Made by a program: the position numbers and the translations under genes
Notes under the pieces: model-generated
Told to the model about the DNA's origin: nothing
The model's database searches: none
What the model saw: only the letters and a program-made list of their open reading frames with translations
NCBI GenBank assembly: GCA_049840735.1
Contig: JASGJN010000020.1
Span: 96,001-160,000 of the forward strand
Direction: 5' to 3'
DNA from: Anaeromyxobacter sp.
Lineage (GTDB): Bacteria > Myxococcota > Myxococcia > Myxococcales > Anaeromyxobacteraceae
DNA length: 64,000 nucleotides
Shown: piece by piece, positions 22,943 through 36,114 of the stretch
Numbering within the stretch: the stretch's first letter is position 1
Layout of the letters: each line of letters starts with the position of its first letter

Positions 22943-23469
22943 GGGCGCGCCGCCTTCCCTGCCCAGCTCCGCAGCCAGCCCGCGTCCAGCACCGAGGTGC
23001 CGCCCTCCAGCACCCCCGCCAGGCGCACCGCGCCGGTCTCGACCGGCGCGGCCGCCGCCGCCAGCCGCTCCTCCAGCAGCTCCAGCGGCGCCTCGACGGC
23101 CACCGCCACCGGGCCACCCTCCGCCTCGACCAGCAGGGCCGGCCGGCCCTCCAGCCCGCCGGACCCGGCCGCGCCCGGCCCGACCGTGGCGCCAGCGTCC
23201 ACCAGCGGGACCGGTCGCTCGTCCACGAACACCACCCAGCGCTCGCCGCCGGCCGCCAGCGGGACCGCCAGCGGCGGTCCCAGCCGCGACACCGCCCGCA
23301 GCACCGCGTCGGCCTCCACCGCGCAGGGCCGGCCCCCCAGGCCGAAGGCCACCAGCCGCTGCGTGACGCGGTCCTCTCCGGCGACCGCCGGCGCCGCCAG
23401 CTCCTGGGCCCGCGCCTCCAGGCGCGCCAGGTCGGTGGGATGCAGGAGCGGGATCGGCAGCGCGCTCAT
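22939..23469 (-). CDS. cheW: CheW-like adaptor
   Basis: LEARAQELA...[18 protein letters not shown]; translationally coupled within the cluster. Confidence 0.75.
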   Translation of the reverse strand: MSALPIPLLHPTDLARLEARAQELAAPAVAGEDRVTQRLVAFGLGGRPCAVEADAVLRAVSRLGPPLAVPLAAGGERWVVFVDERPVPLVDAGATVGPGAAGSGGLEGRPALLVEAEGGPVAVAVEAPLELLEERLAAAAAPVETGAVRLAGVLEGGTSVLDAGWLRSWAGKAARP

Positions 23470-24698
23470 GGCTCCTCCGCCCCGAGCAGCAGGCGCGCGG
23501 CGTCGGCCAGCTGCCCGACGGAGAGACCGTCGGCGCTGGGGACGTCCAGCTCGGGCGCGAGCCGGGCGGCCGCGGCCACCAGCTCGCGCAGCAGGTGGCG
23601 GGCGCGCGGGGCGTCCACCGGGATGAGCTGCTGGCCCAGCAGCAGGCGCGCGTACAGATCGCGCGGATCGTGGAAGAGCGCGGCCCGGGCCTCGGCCAGC
23701 GCGTCGCCCGGGCGCCCCGCCTGCGCGTGGCGGACGGCCTCGGCCAGGTGGGCGCGCAGCGCCTGGTCGCGGTGCGGGGCGCGGGGGACCGCGCGGGGCG
23801 GCGGGGTGGGCGCGGCGGCGCGCGGGACGGCACGGAGCGGGCGATGGGCGCGGGGCGCGGCCGGGCGACGGGGGCGCGGCGCGGGCGGCGCGGCCTGGCC
23901 CACGCCCAGGGGCCCCAGCGGCCGGAGCCCGCCGGCGGCCAGCAGGTGGGCCTCGGCGGCGGCCAGCACCAGGTGGGCGCCGGGGTCGAGCGCGCGGGCC
24001 AGCGCGCCGGCCAGCCGCTCGGCCTCGGCCGGGCGCGCGTAGATGAGCACGTGGCGGCAGAGCACCAGGTCGTGGCCGCCCAGCGCCGCCGGCCCCCGCT
24101 CCACCACCTCCAGCAGGTTGCCCACCTCGAACCGGCACAGCGCGCGGACCGGCTCGGCGACGCGGTAGCGCCCGCCCTCCTCCGGCTGGACGCGCGCGCC
24201 GATCCAGGCCTGTGGGCCGCGCTGGACCGACCAGGCCGAGAGCGAGCCGGAGCGGGCCGCCTCGATCCGCGCCGGCGAGGCGTCCACGCCGGTCACCTGG
24301 ACCAGCCCGGCGGCCGCCGAGGCCGGCAGCCCGCGCTGCTCCAGCGCGTCGCACAGCGCCATGGCCACGGTGAACGGCTCCTGGCCGGCGGAGCAGCCCA
24401 GCGAGAGCACCCGCACCGGCCGCCCCTCCTCGGCGGCCCGCGCCAGCAGCGCCGGCCCGGCCACCTCGCGCACCCACTCCCAGAGCGCCTCGTCGCGGAA
24501 GAGCCAGCTCTCGTCGATGGGGAGCCGGTCCACCACGCGCGCCAGCCAGGCGGGATCCTCAGGCGAGGCCGGGCCGCCGCCGGCCGCCGACTGCACCGCG
24601 GCGGCAATCTGCGCCTCGCCGACGCCCTGCAGCGCCAGGCCGTAGGCGGCCTCCAGCGCGCGGCGCACCGCCGCCAGGGGGGCGTCCTCGCCGGTCAT
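23466..24698 (-). CDS. cheR: CheR methyltransferase with C-terminal TPR (FrzF-like)
   Basis: [40 protein letters not shown]-like tail. Confidence 0.9.
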   Translation of the reverse strand: MTGEDAPLAAVRRALEAAYGLALQGVGEAQIAAAVQSAAGGGPASPEDPAWLARVVDRLPIDESWLFRDEALWEWVREVAGPALLARAAEEGRPVRVLSLGCSAGQEPFTVAMALCDALEQRGLPASAAAGLVQVTGVDASPARIEAARSGSLSAWSVQRGPQAWIGARVQPEEGGRYRVAEPVRALCRFEVGNLLEVVERGPAALGGHDLVLCRHVLIYARPAEAERLAGALARALDPGAHLVLAAAEAHLLAAGGLRPLGPLGVGQAAPPAPRPRRPAAPRAHRPLRAVPRAAAPTPPPRAVPRAPHRDQALRAHLAEAVRHAQAGRPGDALAEARAALFHDPRDLYARLLLGQQLIPVDAPRARHLLRELVAAAARLAPELDVPSADGLSVGQLADAARLLLGAEEP

Positions 24699-26822
24699 GC
24701 GCGCGACCCCTCGGGCAGCGCGTAGGCGCCGGCCGACTGCTGCAGGCTGTCGGACAGCTCGTGGGCCCGGGTGGACAGCTCGCCCAGCAGCCGCGCGCCG
24801 TCGCGGATGGACTCGGAGGCCTTCTGCATGGAGCCGAGCGCCTGCGAGACCTGGCTCACGCCGGCCTGGTGCTGGCGGGCCGAGCCCTCCACCTGGCGCA
24901 TGAGCCCGACCGCCTCGGTGACGGTCACGCCCAGCTGGGCCACCACCTCGCCCAGCCGCTGCACCAGCATGGCGCCCTCGGAGACGGTGCGCCCGCCGGC
25001 CTCCACCGAGCCGTCCACCTCGCCGGTGCGCTGCCGGATCTCGCCCAGCAGGTCGCGGATCTCCGCCGCCGCCTTGCGCGAGTCGGCCGCCAGGGCGCGG
25101 AATCTCGCGCGCCACCACCGCGAACCCCTTGCCCGCCTCGCCGGCCCGCGCCGCCTCGATGGCGGCGTTGATGGCCAGGGTGGAGGACTGGTCGGCCAGG
25201 AAGGAGACGGTCTCGGTGATGTCGTCGATGCGGCGCACGCGCTCGGCCAGCGCCGACGAGGCCTGGGCCACGCGGTCCAGCGAGCCGGAGATGGCGCTCA
25301 TGGCGCCCGCCGCCGCGTGGGTGGCCGCGCTCCCCTCCTCCACCACCGCCGTGGCCGCCTCGCCCTGGCGGATCAGCTCGCTGGCGCGGTCGGCCGAGAC
25401 CGCCGAGGTCTGGGCCATCTCGGTCATGGTGTTGGCGGTCTCGGTCACCGCCGCCACCTGCTCGGTGGTGGCGGTGCTGAGCTGCGCCGAGGCCGACTGC
25501 AGGTTCACCACGATGTCGGCCACCGAGCCGGCCACGCCCTGCGTCCGGCCCACCATGGTGCGGAGGTTCCCGGTCATGCGCTGCAGCGCCTGCCCCAGCG
25601 CGCCCGGCAGCTCGGCGTCCTTGCGCAGGTCGCCGCCGGCGATGGTGCGCGCCTGGTCGGCCACGCCCTGCAGCGCCGCCTGCAGCTGCTCGAAGGCCGC
25701 GCCCAGGTCGCCCTGGATGCGCGACGCGTCCACCACCTCGCCGCGGGCCATGGCCGCCATGCGGCGCGACAGCTCCAGCATGGCCTGGCGCGAGGCCCGG
25801 AACGGCTGCAGCAGCCCGCTCTCGCCCTGCAGCTCGCGGGTCAGCTCGCCGGCCGCGATGGCGCGCAGCTGCTCGAAGGCGTGGCCCAGCTCGCGCGCGA
25901 TGGCGGCGGTGGCCACGGCCAGGTCGCCGGTCTCGTCGCTGGCCACCCAGCGCGGCACCGAGGGCGTCCCGGCCACCGTCGCGCGCAGGGCCGCCTGGAC
26001 CTCGGCGGCGGCGCGGGCCTGGCGGCGGGCCAGCAGCGTCCCGGCCAGCCCGAAGGCCACCATGATCACCAGCGAGATGGCCAGCAGCGGCCAGGCGATC
26101 TGCTGGTTGATGTGGAGCAGCTGCAGCTGGACGAACCCGGCGGCGGACGACATCCCCTCCTCGGAGAGGGCCGCCAGGATGTCCGCCACCGCCGTCTGGT
26201 AGCGGGCGTAGAGCACCGCGCCGGTGAACCCCAGCATGGTGACCACCGCCACCGCGAAGGCGTAGGGCAGGAACCAGCCCTGGCGCAGCCAGAGGAGGCC
26301 GCGCCGGCCGACGGGCGGCTGCGGGTCGCGCAGGTACTCGGCCAGCGCCAGCGGGCGCACCTCCTCCTCGACCAGCAGCGTCTGCAGCAGCCCGGGGAAG
26401 AGCGAGGCCAGCAGGCCGATGGCGGGGCTGACGATCAGCAGCCCGGTGGGCCGCTCGAAGAGGACCACGCACCCGATCGCGAACACCTCGCCGCCGAGCA
26501 TCCAGGCCGGCGCGCCGGAGAGCAGCTCGATGCGCCGCGGCAGCTCCAGCAGCCGCACCAGGCGCCGCCCGGCGGCCTCGCCCGGGTGCTGCGCGAGCGC
26601 GGCCCGGAGCAGGCTGCGCGAGACCAGGAACTGGAAGGCGGCGGTCACGGCCAGCACCAGGGCCAGCAGCCCCAGCCCCTGCCACAGGTCGGCGCGCTTC
26701 AGCCCCACCACCAGCGTGAAGACCACCGCCGCCACCACGGCGCCCGGCACGGAGGTGACCAGGATGCGGTTGAAGATGCGCTGGTGCGCCCGGCCGGCGT
26801 CGAGGGACGGTTCGGGCGTCAT
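24695..26822 (-). CDS. methyl-accepting chemotaxis protein (frameshift near 25100)
   Basis: [32 protein letters not shown] then IRALAADS in the next frame; multi-TM N-terminus. Confidence 0.9.
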
Positions 26823-27202
26823 GCGGTCTGCTCCGGCGTCGCGCCCAGGTGGCGCCGGATGGCGTCCTGCAGCGGCTGCGGCTGGATGGGCTTGTGCAGC
26901 ACCTCGCGGGCGCCGGCGGCGCGGATGCGGCGCACCAGGGTCTCGTCGCGGCTGGAGGTCAGGATCAGCACCGGCACCTTGCGCAGCGCCGCGTCGGCGG
27001 AGAGCGCCTCGCAGAGGCCGATGCCGTCGAGGTTGGGCATGCGCAGGTCGGCGAGGACCAGATCGGGCGGCGCGGCGCGGATCTTCTCCAGCGCGTCGGC
27101 GCCGTCGGCAGCGTCGTCCAGCTCGACGTCGCGGGCGATGAGATAGACCTTGATGAGCTCCCGGCTCACGCGGCTGTCGTCCACCACCAGGATGCGCGTC
27201 AT
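26819..27202 (-). CDS. single-domain response regulator (CheY-like)
   Basis: ILVVDDS, DLRMP, LTS, KP. Confidence 0.92.
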   Translation of the reverse strand: MTRILVVDDSRVSRELIKVYLIARDVELDDAADGADALEKIRAAPPDLVLADLRMPNLDGIGLCEALSADAALRKVPVLILTSSRDETLVRRIRAAGAREVLHKPIQPQPLQDAIRRHLGATPEQTA

Positions 27203-27224
27203 GGAGCTCTCGTCCTTTCGAAGA

Positions 27225-27695
27225 TCAGTCCGGAAGCGCGGCGAGGCTGCGGAGCAGCGCCGGCACGTCCAGCACGGCCAGGGGTCGATCGGTGCCGGAC
27301 CAGCCGGCCACCAGGTCCGGCGAGGGCTGGTCCTCGCCCAGCGGCGCGTGGGCCACCAGGTCCTCGGCGGCGTCCACCCAGAGCAGGCCCCGCAGGCCGC
27401 GGGCGCCGAGCTCGACCAGCTGGTGGTGCGGCGAGAGCGTCACCTCGCGCTCGCCCGCCAGCGCGGCGGCGAAGGCCACCGGCAGGAGCGCGCCGCGCAC
27501 GCCGATGAGCGGCGCGACGGGGGCGGTGGCGGGGCGCGCCGCAGGCAGCGCGGCGGGGTGGACACGCTGGACGTGGCGGAGCGGCACCAGCAGGCGCCAG
27601 GCGCCGGCGCGGACCACCATCAGCTCTTCACCCGCCGTCAAGGGGTCGGCGGAGGTGGTCAGGGGTGCGGCAGCGGGCGGTAGGGCAGGATCCAC
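27225..27695 (-). CDS. CheW-like protein (FrzB-like)
   Basis: VVRAG.WRLLVPL..V.RV, LWVD, LAVLDVP; first gene of the che cluster. Confidence 0.7.
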   Translation of the reverse strand: MDPALPPAAAPLTTSADPLTAGEELMVVRAGAWRLLVPLRHVQRVHPAALPAARPATAPVAPLIGVRGALLPVAFAAALAGEREVTLSPHHQLVELGARGLRGLLWVDAAEDLVAHAPLGEDQPSPDLVAGWSGTDRPLAVLDVPALLRSLAALPD

Positions 27696-27912
27696 GCCCG
27701 ATCCTGCCGTGAAAACTTCGTACCATTTCTCCCCTGCACCGTCCCGCGGGTGCGGGACGAACGCAGCGCGTCCAAGTCCGCGATCCGTGGGGCACCGCCC
27801 CTGTGCGGTCCTGCCGCGGCGCCGGTCACCTCACATGTCACCGAGGGTCACGTTACCGTGGGTCAACGCTACCCGGGCGCAACGCTGACCCATGCCCAGC
27901 GTGCGGATTTCC

Positions 27913-28747
27913 CTAGGACGGGCTGCCGCACCGCGGGTACGACCCGAGCCGGTGGAGCGCGTGCACCCGCTCCCCCACCGCCACCAGCGCCGCGGCCCCG
28001 GCCTGGTCGTCCTGGTGCCCCTCGAAGTCGAGGAAGAAGACGTAGTGCCCCAGGGCCTCCTTGGTCGGGCGGCTCTCGATCTTGGACAGGTTGATGCCGC
28101 GCCGGGAGAACTCGCCCAGCACCTCGGCCAGGCCGCCCGGGCGGTCCCGGTCCAGCGTGAAGGCGATGCTGGTCCGGTCGGCGCCGGTCGGCGGCTCGGC
28201 CCCGGCCGCCACCAGCACGAAGCGGGTCACGTTCTCGCCGGCGTCCTGGATGTCCTCGGCCAGCACCTCCAGCCCGTACCGCGCCGCGGCCGCGCGCGAG
28301 CCGATGGAGGCCACGCCCGGCCCGCCCGCCGCCACCGTCCGCGCCGCGTCGGCGGTGGAGTGGGTGGCCTCCAGCGTGGCGCCGGGGAGCCGGGTGCGCA
28401 GGAAGCGGGCGCACTGGCCCAGCGGCTGCGGGTGCGAGAGGACGCGCCGCACGTCCTCCAGGCGCGTGCCCGGCGGCGCCAGCAGGTGCTGGCGCACGGG
28501 CAGCAGCAGCTCGCGCCGGATGCGCAGGCCGGGGCGGTGGACCAGCAGGTCGAGCACGGCGCCCACGCTCCCCTCGATGGAGTTCTCGATGGGGAGCAGC
28601 GCCGCCTCGACGGCGCCGCCCAGCGCCGCCTCGTAGGCGTCGGCGAAGGTGGAGTACGGGACCGGTGCGTCGCTGGCCGCGAGAATCGCAGCGCGAGACG
28701 GCCTCCTCGCTGAAGGTGCCGGGCGGCCCCAGGTAACCGATGCGCAT
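27913..28747 (-). CDS. pheA: prephenate dehydratase (frameshift near 28685)
   Basis: YLGPPGTFSEEA, PIENSIEG, SHPQ, NVTRF, NLSKIESRP, LGSYP. Confidence 0.93.
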
Positions 28748-28821
28748 GGTCCCGGGGATTTACCACGCCGACGGGCGGAAGGCTGCCGCGGCATGGCGCG
28801 CCGCGCCGCCGCGGCCGCACC

Positions 28822-29208
28822 TCAGGGGGCGAGGCCGGGGCGACCGCGCTCCGCGGCGTCCGCTACCGCGCGCAGCAGCTCGCGCAGGCCGAACGGCTTG
28901 AAGAGGACGGCGTCCGGCTTCAGCAGGCGCGTCACGTGCGGCGTCTGGATGCCGGTGGTGACCACCACGCGGATGCGCGCCAGCGCAGGGTCGGCGCGGA
29001 GCGTGTTGAGCAGCGACGCGCCGTCGAGCCCGGGCATCATCAGGTCGAGCACCAGCACATCGGGCGGGTCGGCCCGCAGGCGGGCCAGCCCCTCCTCGCC
29101 GTCGGCGGCCACCTGGACCTGGTAGCCCTCCGCGGACAGCACGTCCGCCACGACGTCCCGCTGGACGTCGTTGTCGTCGACAACCAACACCCTGGCGGGC
29201 CCGTTCAC
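28822..29208 (-). CDS. single-domain response regulator
   Basis: VLVVDDN, LDLMMP, KPF; has its own -10-like TACATT upstream. Confidence 0.85.
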   Translation of the reverse strand: MNGPARVLVVDDNDVQRDVVADVLSAEGYQVQVAADGEEGLARLRADPPDVLVLDLMMPGLDGASLLNTLRADPALARIRVVVTTGIQTPHVTRLLKPDAVLFKPFGLRELLRAVADAAERGRPGLAP

Positions 29209-29274
29209 GGCCGGGAATGTAGGGCGAGAGCCCGGCACGCGGGAGGGCAGGCGCTGACTCTCTTGGGATGGGTC

Positions 29275-29919
29275 CCTTAGCGCGGCGAGCAGCGCGGGGA
29301 GGTCCTCGATCCGCTCCAGGACGTGATCCGGGCCGGCGCCGAGCAGCACCGCGCGCTCGCAGGCCCCCCAGGGCGCGGCGACGGTGGCGACGCCGGCGGC
29401 CCGCGCTGCCTCGAGATCGTGCACCGCGTCCCCTACCATGATCGCGTCGGCGGCCGGGACGCCGAGCCGCTCGAGCGCCAGCAGGACCGGCTCGGGATCT
29501 GGCTTGGAGCGGGCGCAGGAGTCGGCGCCGATCACCACCCGCAGGTGCGGCAGCAGGCCGGTGAAGCGGAGCGTCCGGAACGCGCCCTGCTCGGTCTTGG
29601 CCGTGACCACTCCCAGCGGGTGGCCGGCGGCGGCCAGCGAGGCCACGGTCTCGAGCGCGCCGGGGAAGCAGCGGGTCATCCGGTCGTGCTCCGCCAGCCA
29701 GAACTGGCGATAACGGTCCACAAGCCCGTCCACCTCGTGCGCCGGCACCAGGCGGGCAATCTGCTCGCGCAGCGGCGTCCCCACGCCGGCCAGCCACTCG
29801 GCCTCGGTCGGGCCGCGCGGATGTCCCTCGAACGCATGGCGCACCGCAGCGAGGATGAAGGGGATGGTGTCGACGAGCGTGCCGTCGAGATCGAAGAGGA
29901 CCGCCGTGTTCACGGGCAC
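29275..29919 (-). CDS. HAD-IA family hydrolase (PpaX/Gph-like); stop position uncertain
   Basis: FDLDGTLVD, VVTAK, KPDPEP, MVGD..HD; reads through into the REC gene, probably because of an indel. Confidence 0.85.
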
Positions 29920-29980
29920 CCCACGATCATAGTGCAAAAACGCCCTCGCTTCGCCATCGGCGCGTGGCTAGCTTCGGGAG

Positions 29981-30364
29981 GTGACGGGCGCAGCGATCAT
30001 CCGGCGGGAAGCCCAGGGGACGACCGTCCTGGCCGTGCACGGCGCCTTCGACGGCTGCGCCGCCTGGGCGCTGCGCCTGGAGATGGACGCCTGCGGCCCG
30101 GGCGACTTCGTGGTCGACCTGACGCAGGCCGACGAAGCCTGCGAGTTCGCCGCCTGCCTGCTCGCGAGCTACGCGCAGGGCTGCCGCCGGGAGCGGCGCA
30201 TCCGCTTCGTCCCCGGCGCGCCCGACCAGGCGCGGCTGCTGGCGGCGTTCAACCTGGAGTGCGTGCGTGAGCCTCCACCGCTCCACGCGGCCGCGGCCGC
30301 CCGCAACGAGCCGGCCGGTCCGAGGCACGCGCCCGCCTCGCCCCGCCGGACCGGGGTGGCCTGA
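29981..30364 (+). CDS. STAS-like domain protein
   Basis: VLAVHGAFD...VVDLT...RLLAAFNL; GGAGG-GTG start. Confidence 0.65.
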   Translation: MTGAAIIRREAQGTTVLAVHGAFDGCAAWALRLEMDACGPGDFVVDLTQADEACEFAACLLASYAQGCRRERRIRFVPGAPDQARLLAAFNLECVREPPPLHAAAAARNEPAGPRHAPASPRRTGVA

Positions 30365-30370
30365 GCCAGC

Positions 30371-30480
30371 CCTGGGCTTCGACTCCGCGAGCCCTGTGGG
30401 CTCGCTACGCTCAGCCCGAACGGATCCAACCGTTCGTCCTGGGCGTAGCCGCCGCACAGCGGCGGCGGAGTCGAAGGACG
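30371..30480. repeat. inverted doublet of REP-like elements (BIME-like)
   Basis: Copy at 30371-30424 (-) and copy at 30430-30480 (+) with different hairpins. Confidence 0.9.
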
Positions 30481-30588
30481 GGGCCCGATGTGGGCGCCCT
30501 CGCCCCCCGGATTCCACCAGCAACTCCCGCCAGTTGACGGAATGTTCGCAGCGCGTGCGCGCCGGCACGGGCGTGCCATGATGGCGTC

Positions 30589-31308
30589 ATGTCGTCCCCC
30601 ACTGGCGAAGGCTTTCGGATCCTGTTCGTGGAGGACGACGAGCGCCTCGCGTCCCTCACCACCCGCTACCTCGAGCTGCACGGCAACGAGGTGACCTGGG
30701 TCGCCGACGGACGCGAGGGGCTGGCCCAGGCGCTGCGCGGCCAGCACGACGTCGTGATCCTCGACGTCATGCTCCCGCGGCTCAACGGCCTGGAGCTCTG
30801 CCGCGAGCTGCGCACCCGCAGCGCCGTCCCGGTGCTGATGCTGACGGCGCTGGGCGAGGAGGTGGACCGGGTGATGGGGCTGGAGACCGGCGCGGACGAC
30901 TACCTCGCCAAGCCCTTCTCCTCCCGCGAGCTGCTGGCGCGCCTCAAGGCGCTGGTCCGGCGGGCCCGCAACGCGCTCGGCCCGCCGCGCGACGTGCTGC
31001 GGGTGGGCGAGCTGGCCATCGACGCCCGCGACTACAGCGCCACGCTGGAGGGCAGGCCGCTCAAGCTCACCACCGCCGAGTTCGTGCTGCTGCGCGTGCT
31101 GGCGGAGCGGGCCGGGCGGGTGCTGACGCGCGAGCAGCTGCTCGACCTCACCAAGGGGAGCGCCGACGAGGCCTTCGACCGCTCCATCGACGCCCACGTC
31201 TCCCGCCTGCGGCACAAGCTGGGCGACGACCCGCGCAGCCCGCGATTGCTCAAGACGGTGCGGGGCGCGGGCTACCTGCTGGCCACCGGCGGCGAGGACC
31301 CGGCGTGA
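30589..31308 (+). CDS. OmpR family response regulator
   Basis: REC (EDD, DVMLP, GADDYLAKPF) plus winged helix (DRSIDAHVSRLRHKL, TVRGAGY). Confidence 0.95.
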   Translation: MSSPTGEGFRILFVEDDERLASLTTRYLELHGNEVTWVADGREGLAQALRGQHDVVILDVMLPRLNGLELCRELRTRSAVPVLMLTALGEEVDRVMGLETGADDYLAKPFSSRELLARLKALVRRARNALGPPRDVLRVGELAIDARDYSATLEGRPLKLTTAEFVLLRVLAERAGRVLTREQLLDLTKGSADEAFDRSIDAHVSRLRHKLGDDPRSPRLLKTVRGAGYLLATGGEDPA

Positions 31309-32711
31309 CCTCCCCGCGCTGGCGCGGCACGCTGGCCCTGCGCATCTACCTGGTCTCGGTCACGGCCGTCCTGGCGGTGGGCGTGGCGCTGTTCCTGGCC
31401 GCCCGCGCCGCCTCCGACCCCATGCACCCGCAGCCCATGCGCGAGCTCGGCACCTACGCGGCCCACCACCTCGGCGATGAGTGGGGCCGCCAGGAGGCGG
31501 TCCGCCAGGAGCTGGGGCTGGCGCTGCGCGGCTCGCGGGTGGTGGGCACGGTCTACGGCTGGGACGGCGTGCGCGTCGCCACCACCTCCGAGCGGCCGCC
31601 GCCGCCGGTGCGGCCGGAGGAGCTGGACCGGCTCAGGCGCGAGGGCGTGAGCGACAGCGCCGACCGCTGCGACATCGGCCCCTGCAACGTCCGCTTCCTG
31701 ATCGGCCCCGGCGCCGCCCCGCAGGGCTACCTGCTGCTGGAGCCGCGCGACCGCTTCCGGCCCCCGCTGGACCCGCGCGTGGCGACGCCCATCGCGGTGC
31801 TGCTCATCGGCCTGGGGATCGCCGCCGCCGTGCTGGGGCGCGGGCTGGCGCGGCCGCTGGAGCGGCTGGCCGAGACCGCCCGGGCGATCGGCCATGGCGA
31901 CCTGACGGCCCGCACCGGGGTGAAGCGCTCCGACGAGCTGGGCGCGCTGGCGGCCGCCCTCGACGGAATGGCCGAGCGGGTCCAGGGGCTGCTCCGCTCG
32001 CAGACCGAGCTCATCGCCAACGTGGCCCACGAGCTGCGCACGCCGCTGGCGCGCATCCGCGTGGCGCTGGACCTGGCCGACGGCGGCGACGCCGAGATGG
32101 CCCGCGAGTCGCTGGCCGAGATCGCCGAGGACCTGGCCGAGCTGGAGCGGCTGGTGGACGACGTGCTGGCCTCGGCGCGCATGGACCTGGCCAGCAACAC
32201 CGCCAGCGCCGGCGGCGCGCCGGCCATCCGGGCCGCGCCGCTGGACCTGGGCGGCGTGGTGCGCGGGGCGGCCGAGCGGCTGCACCACCGCCACCCGGAG
32301 CGCGACGTGATCGTCGAGCTGGAGGGGCCGCTGCCGGCGGTGCAGGGCGACGCCGTGCTGCTGCGGCGCGTGCTCGACAACCTGCTCGACAACGCCCGCA
32401 AGTACTCCGCCCCCGGCCGGCCCATCCGGCTGCGCGCCACCGCGCCGGCCGGCCAGGCGGTGGTGCAGGTCATCGACCAGGGCGAGGGGCTGCTGCCGGA
32501 GGATCTGCAGAAGCTCTTCACCCCCTTCTTCCGCAGCGACCGCAGCCGCAACCGCGCCACCGGCGGCATCGGCCTGGGGCTGACGCTGGCCCGCCGCATC
32601 GCCGAGGCGCACGGCGGCACGCTCACCGCCGAGAGCACGCCGGGCCAGGGCTCGACCTTCACGCTCGCCCTGCCCGCCGCGGCCGAGCCCGCCGCGCCCG
32701 TCCGGCCGTAA
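31305..32711 (+). CDS. HAMP sensor histidine kinase
   Basis: AHELRTPL, NLLDNARKY, DQGEG, GIGLGL. Confidence 0.95.
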   Translation: MTSPRWRGTLALRIYLVSVTAVLAVGVALFLAARAASDPMHPQPMRELGTYAAHHLGDEWGRQEAVRQELGLALRGSRVVGTVYGWDGVRVATTSERPPPPVRPEELDRLRREGVSDSADRCDIGPCNVRFLIGPGAAPQGYLLLEPRDRFRPPLDPRVATPIAVLLIGLGIAAAVLGRGLARPLERLAETARAIGHGDLTARTGVKRSDELGALAAALDGMAERVQGLLRSQTELIANVAHELRTPLARIRVALDLADGGDAEMARESLAEIAEDLAELERLVDDVLASARMDLASNTASAGGAPAIRAAPLDLGGVVRGAAERLHHRHPERDVIVELEGPLPAVQGDAVLLRRVLDNLLDNARKYSAPGRPIRLRATAPAGQAVVQVIDQGEGLLPEDLQKLFTPFFRSDRSRNRATGGIGLGLTLARRIAEAHGGTLTAESTPGQGSTFTLALPAAAEPAAPVRP

Positions 32712-32793
32712 CAATCGCGCACACGCGGGCCAAGCACGGCCAACGCGCCGGGGACAAGCTCTCCCCACGTCTGACGGGGCGTGGGGAGAGAAC

Positions 32794-34019
32794 GTGATCA
32801 AGCGACACTGGAAGAAGCTGGCCGCGGCCGCCGCGGCGCTGGTGGTCATCGCAGGGCTCTGGCTGGCGCGCCCGCGCCCGCCGCCCGCGCCGGCCTGGGA
32901 GGCCACGCCGCTCGACCGCGGCGACGTGGTGGTGAAGGTCACCGCCTCCGGCACCCTGGCCGCGCGCCGCACCGTGGTGGTCTCGAGCCAGGTCTCCGGG
33001 CGCGTGGCCGAGCTGGCGGTGGACTACAACGGCCGCGTCCGCAAGGGACAGCTCCTGGCCCGCATCGACCCGCAGCCGTTCCAGGCCGCGGTGGCCCAGG
33101 CCACCGCCAGCGCGGCGGCCGCGGGCGCCCAGGTGTCCAAGGCCAGGGCCAGCCTGGCCGACCTGGAGCGCCAGTCCGCGCGCTCCCGGGAGCTGCTCGA
33201 CCGCGGCCTGCTGGCCCGCGAGGAGTGGGACGCGTCGGTGGCCCAGGTGACGATGTCGAAGGCCGAGCTGGCCGCCGCGGAGGCCGGGCTGGCCCAGGCC
33301 CGGGCCGCGCTGGACGAGGCGCGCTACAAGCTGACCCAGACCGACATCCGCTCCTCCATCGACGGCATCGTGGTGTCCCGCGACGTGGACGTGGGGCAGA
33401 CGGTGGCCGCCTCGCTGCAGGCCCCCACCCTCTTCACGCTGGCCGAGGACCTGTCGCTGATGGAGGTCCGGGCGCACGTCTCCGAGTCCGACGTGGGCAA
33501 GATCAGCGAAGGCATGGCGGCCACGTTCAAGGTGGACGCCTTCCCGCGCGAGGTGCTGCAGGGGCGCGTCCGCCAGGTGCGCAACGCCGCCACCACCACC
33601 CAGAGCGTGGTGACCTACGACGTGGTGGTGGACGTGGAGAACCCGGCCCTGAAGCTCAAGCCGGGCATGACCGCCACCGTCACCTTCGTGGCCGCCGAGC
33701 GGAGGGACGCGCTGCGCGCCCCCAACGCCGCCCTCCGCTTCAAGCCGCCCGCCGGCGCCGCGCCCCCCGCGCCGCGCGACCTGGCGGCGGACCAGCGGGT
33801 GATCTACCTGGTCGAGGCCGAAAGGCTCTCACCGGTCACCGTCCGGCTCGGCGTCAGCGACGGCGCCCACACCGAGCTCCTGGACGCCCAGGTCCCGCCA
33901 GGCGCGCTGGTGGCCACCGGCAGCGCGTCGGCCGACGGCGCGGGCTCGGCGGCGGCCACCGCGAAGCGCTCCCAGGCGCCCGGCGGCCCGGGCGGCCCGC
34001 CGCCGCCGAGGATGTTCTG

Positions 34020-34020
<1 letters not shown>
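32794..34020 (+). CDS. MacA-like periplasmic adaptor (membrane fusion protein)
   Basis: SSQVSG, VDYN..V.KGQLLA, VGQTVAASLQAPTLF, LKPGMTA. Confidence 0.92.
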
Positions 34021-35980
<1,960 letters not shown>

Positions 35981-36044
35981 GGGGCGAGGGCAGCGCCGGG
36001 CTCGCCAGCCAACTCCGACTTCGACCCTCAAGCGCGTGGCCCCC

Positions 36045-36097
36045 CCGTTCGGCCTGAGCGTAGCGAGCCCGCAGGGCTCGCGGAGTCGAAGGCCAGG
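36045..36097 (+). repeat. REP-like palindromic element
   Basis: CCGTTCGGCCTGAGCGTAG-cgagccc gca gggctcg-CGGAGTCGAAGGCCAGG between convergent genes. Confidence 0.9.
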
Positions 36098-36114
36098 AGC
36101 TGCACTCGTGACGC

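Noticed and set aside
23466..26822. MCP-CheR fusion (1118-aa ORF)
   Set aside because: Produced by the frameshift at 25100; the true MCP C-terminus ends at 24695, overlapping the cheR ATG
28822..29937. HAD phosphatase-receiver fusion (371-aa ORF)
   Set aside because: The linker has atypical codons (CTA AGG..CCA..CAA), an out-of-frame TAA at the HAD end and its own -10 box; two genes joined by an indel is more likely
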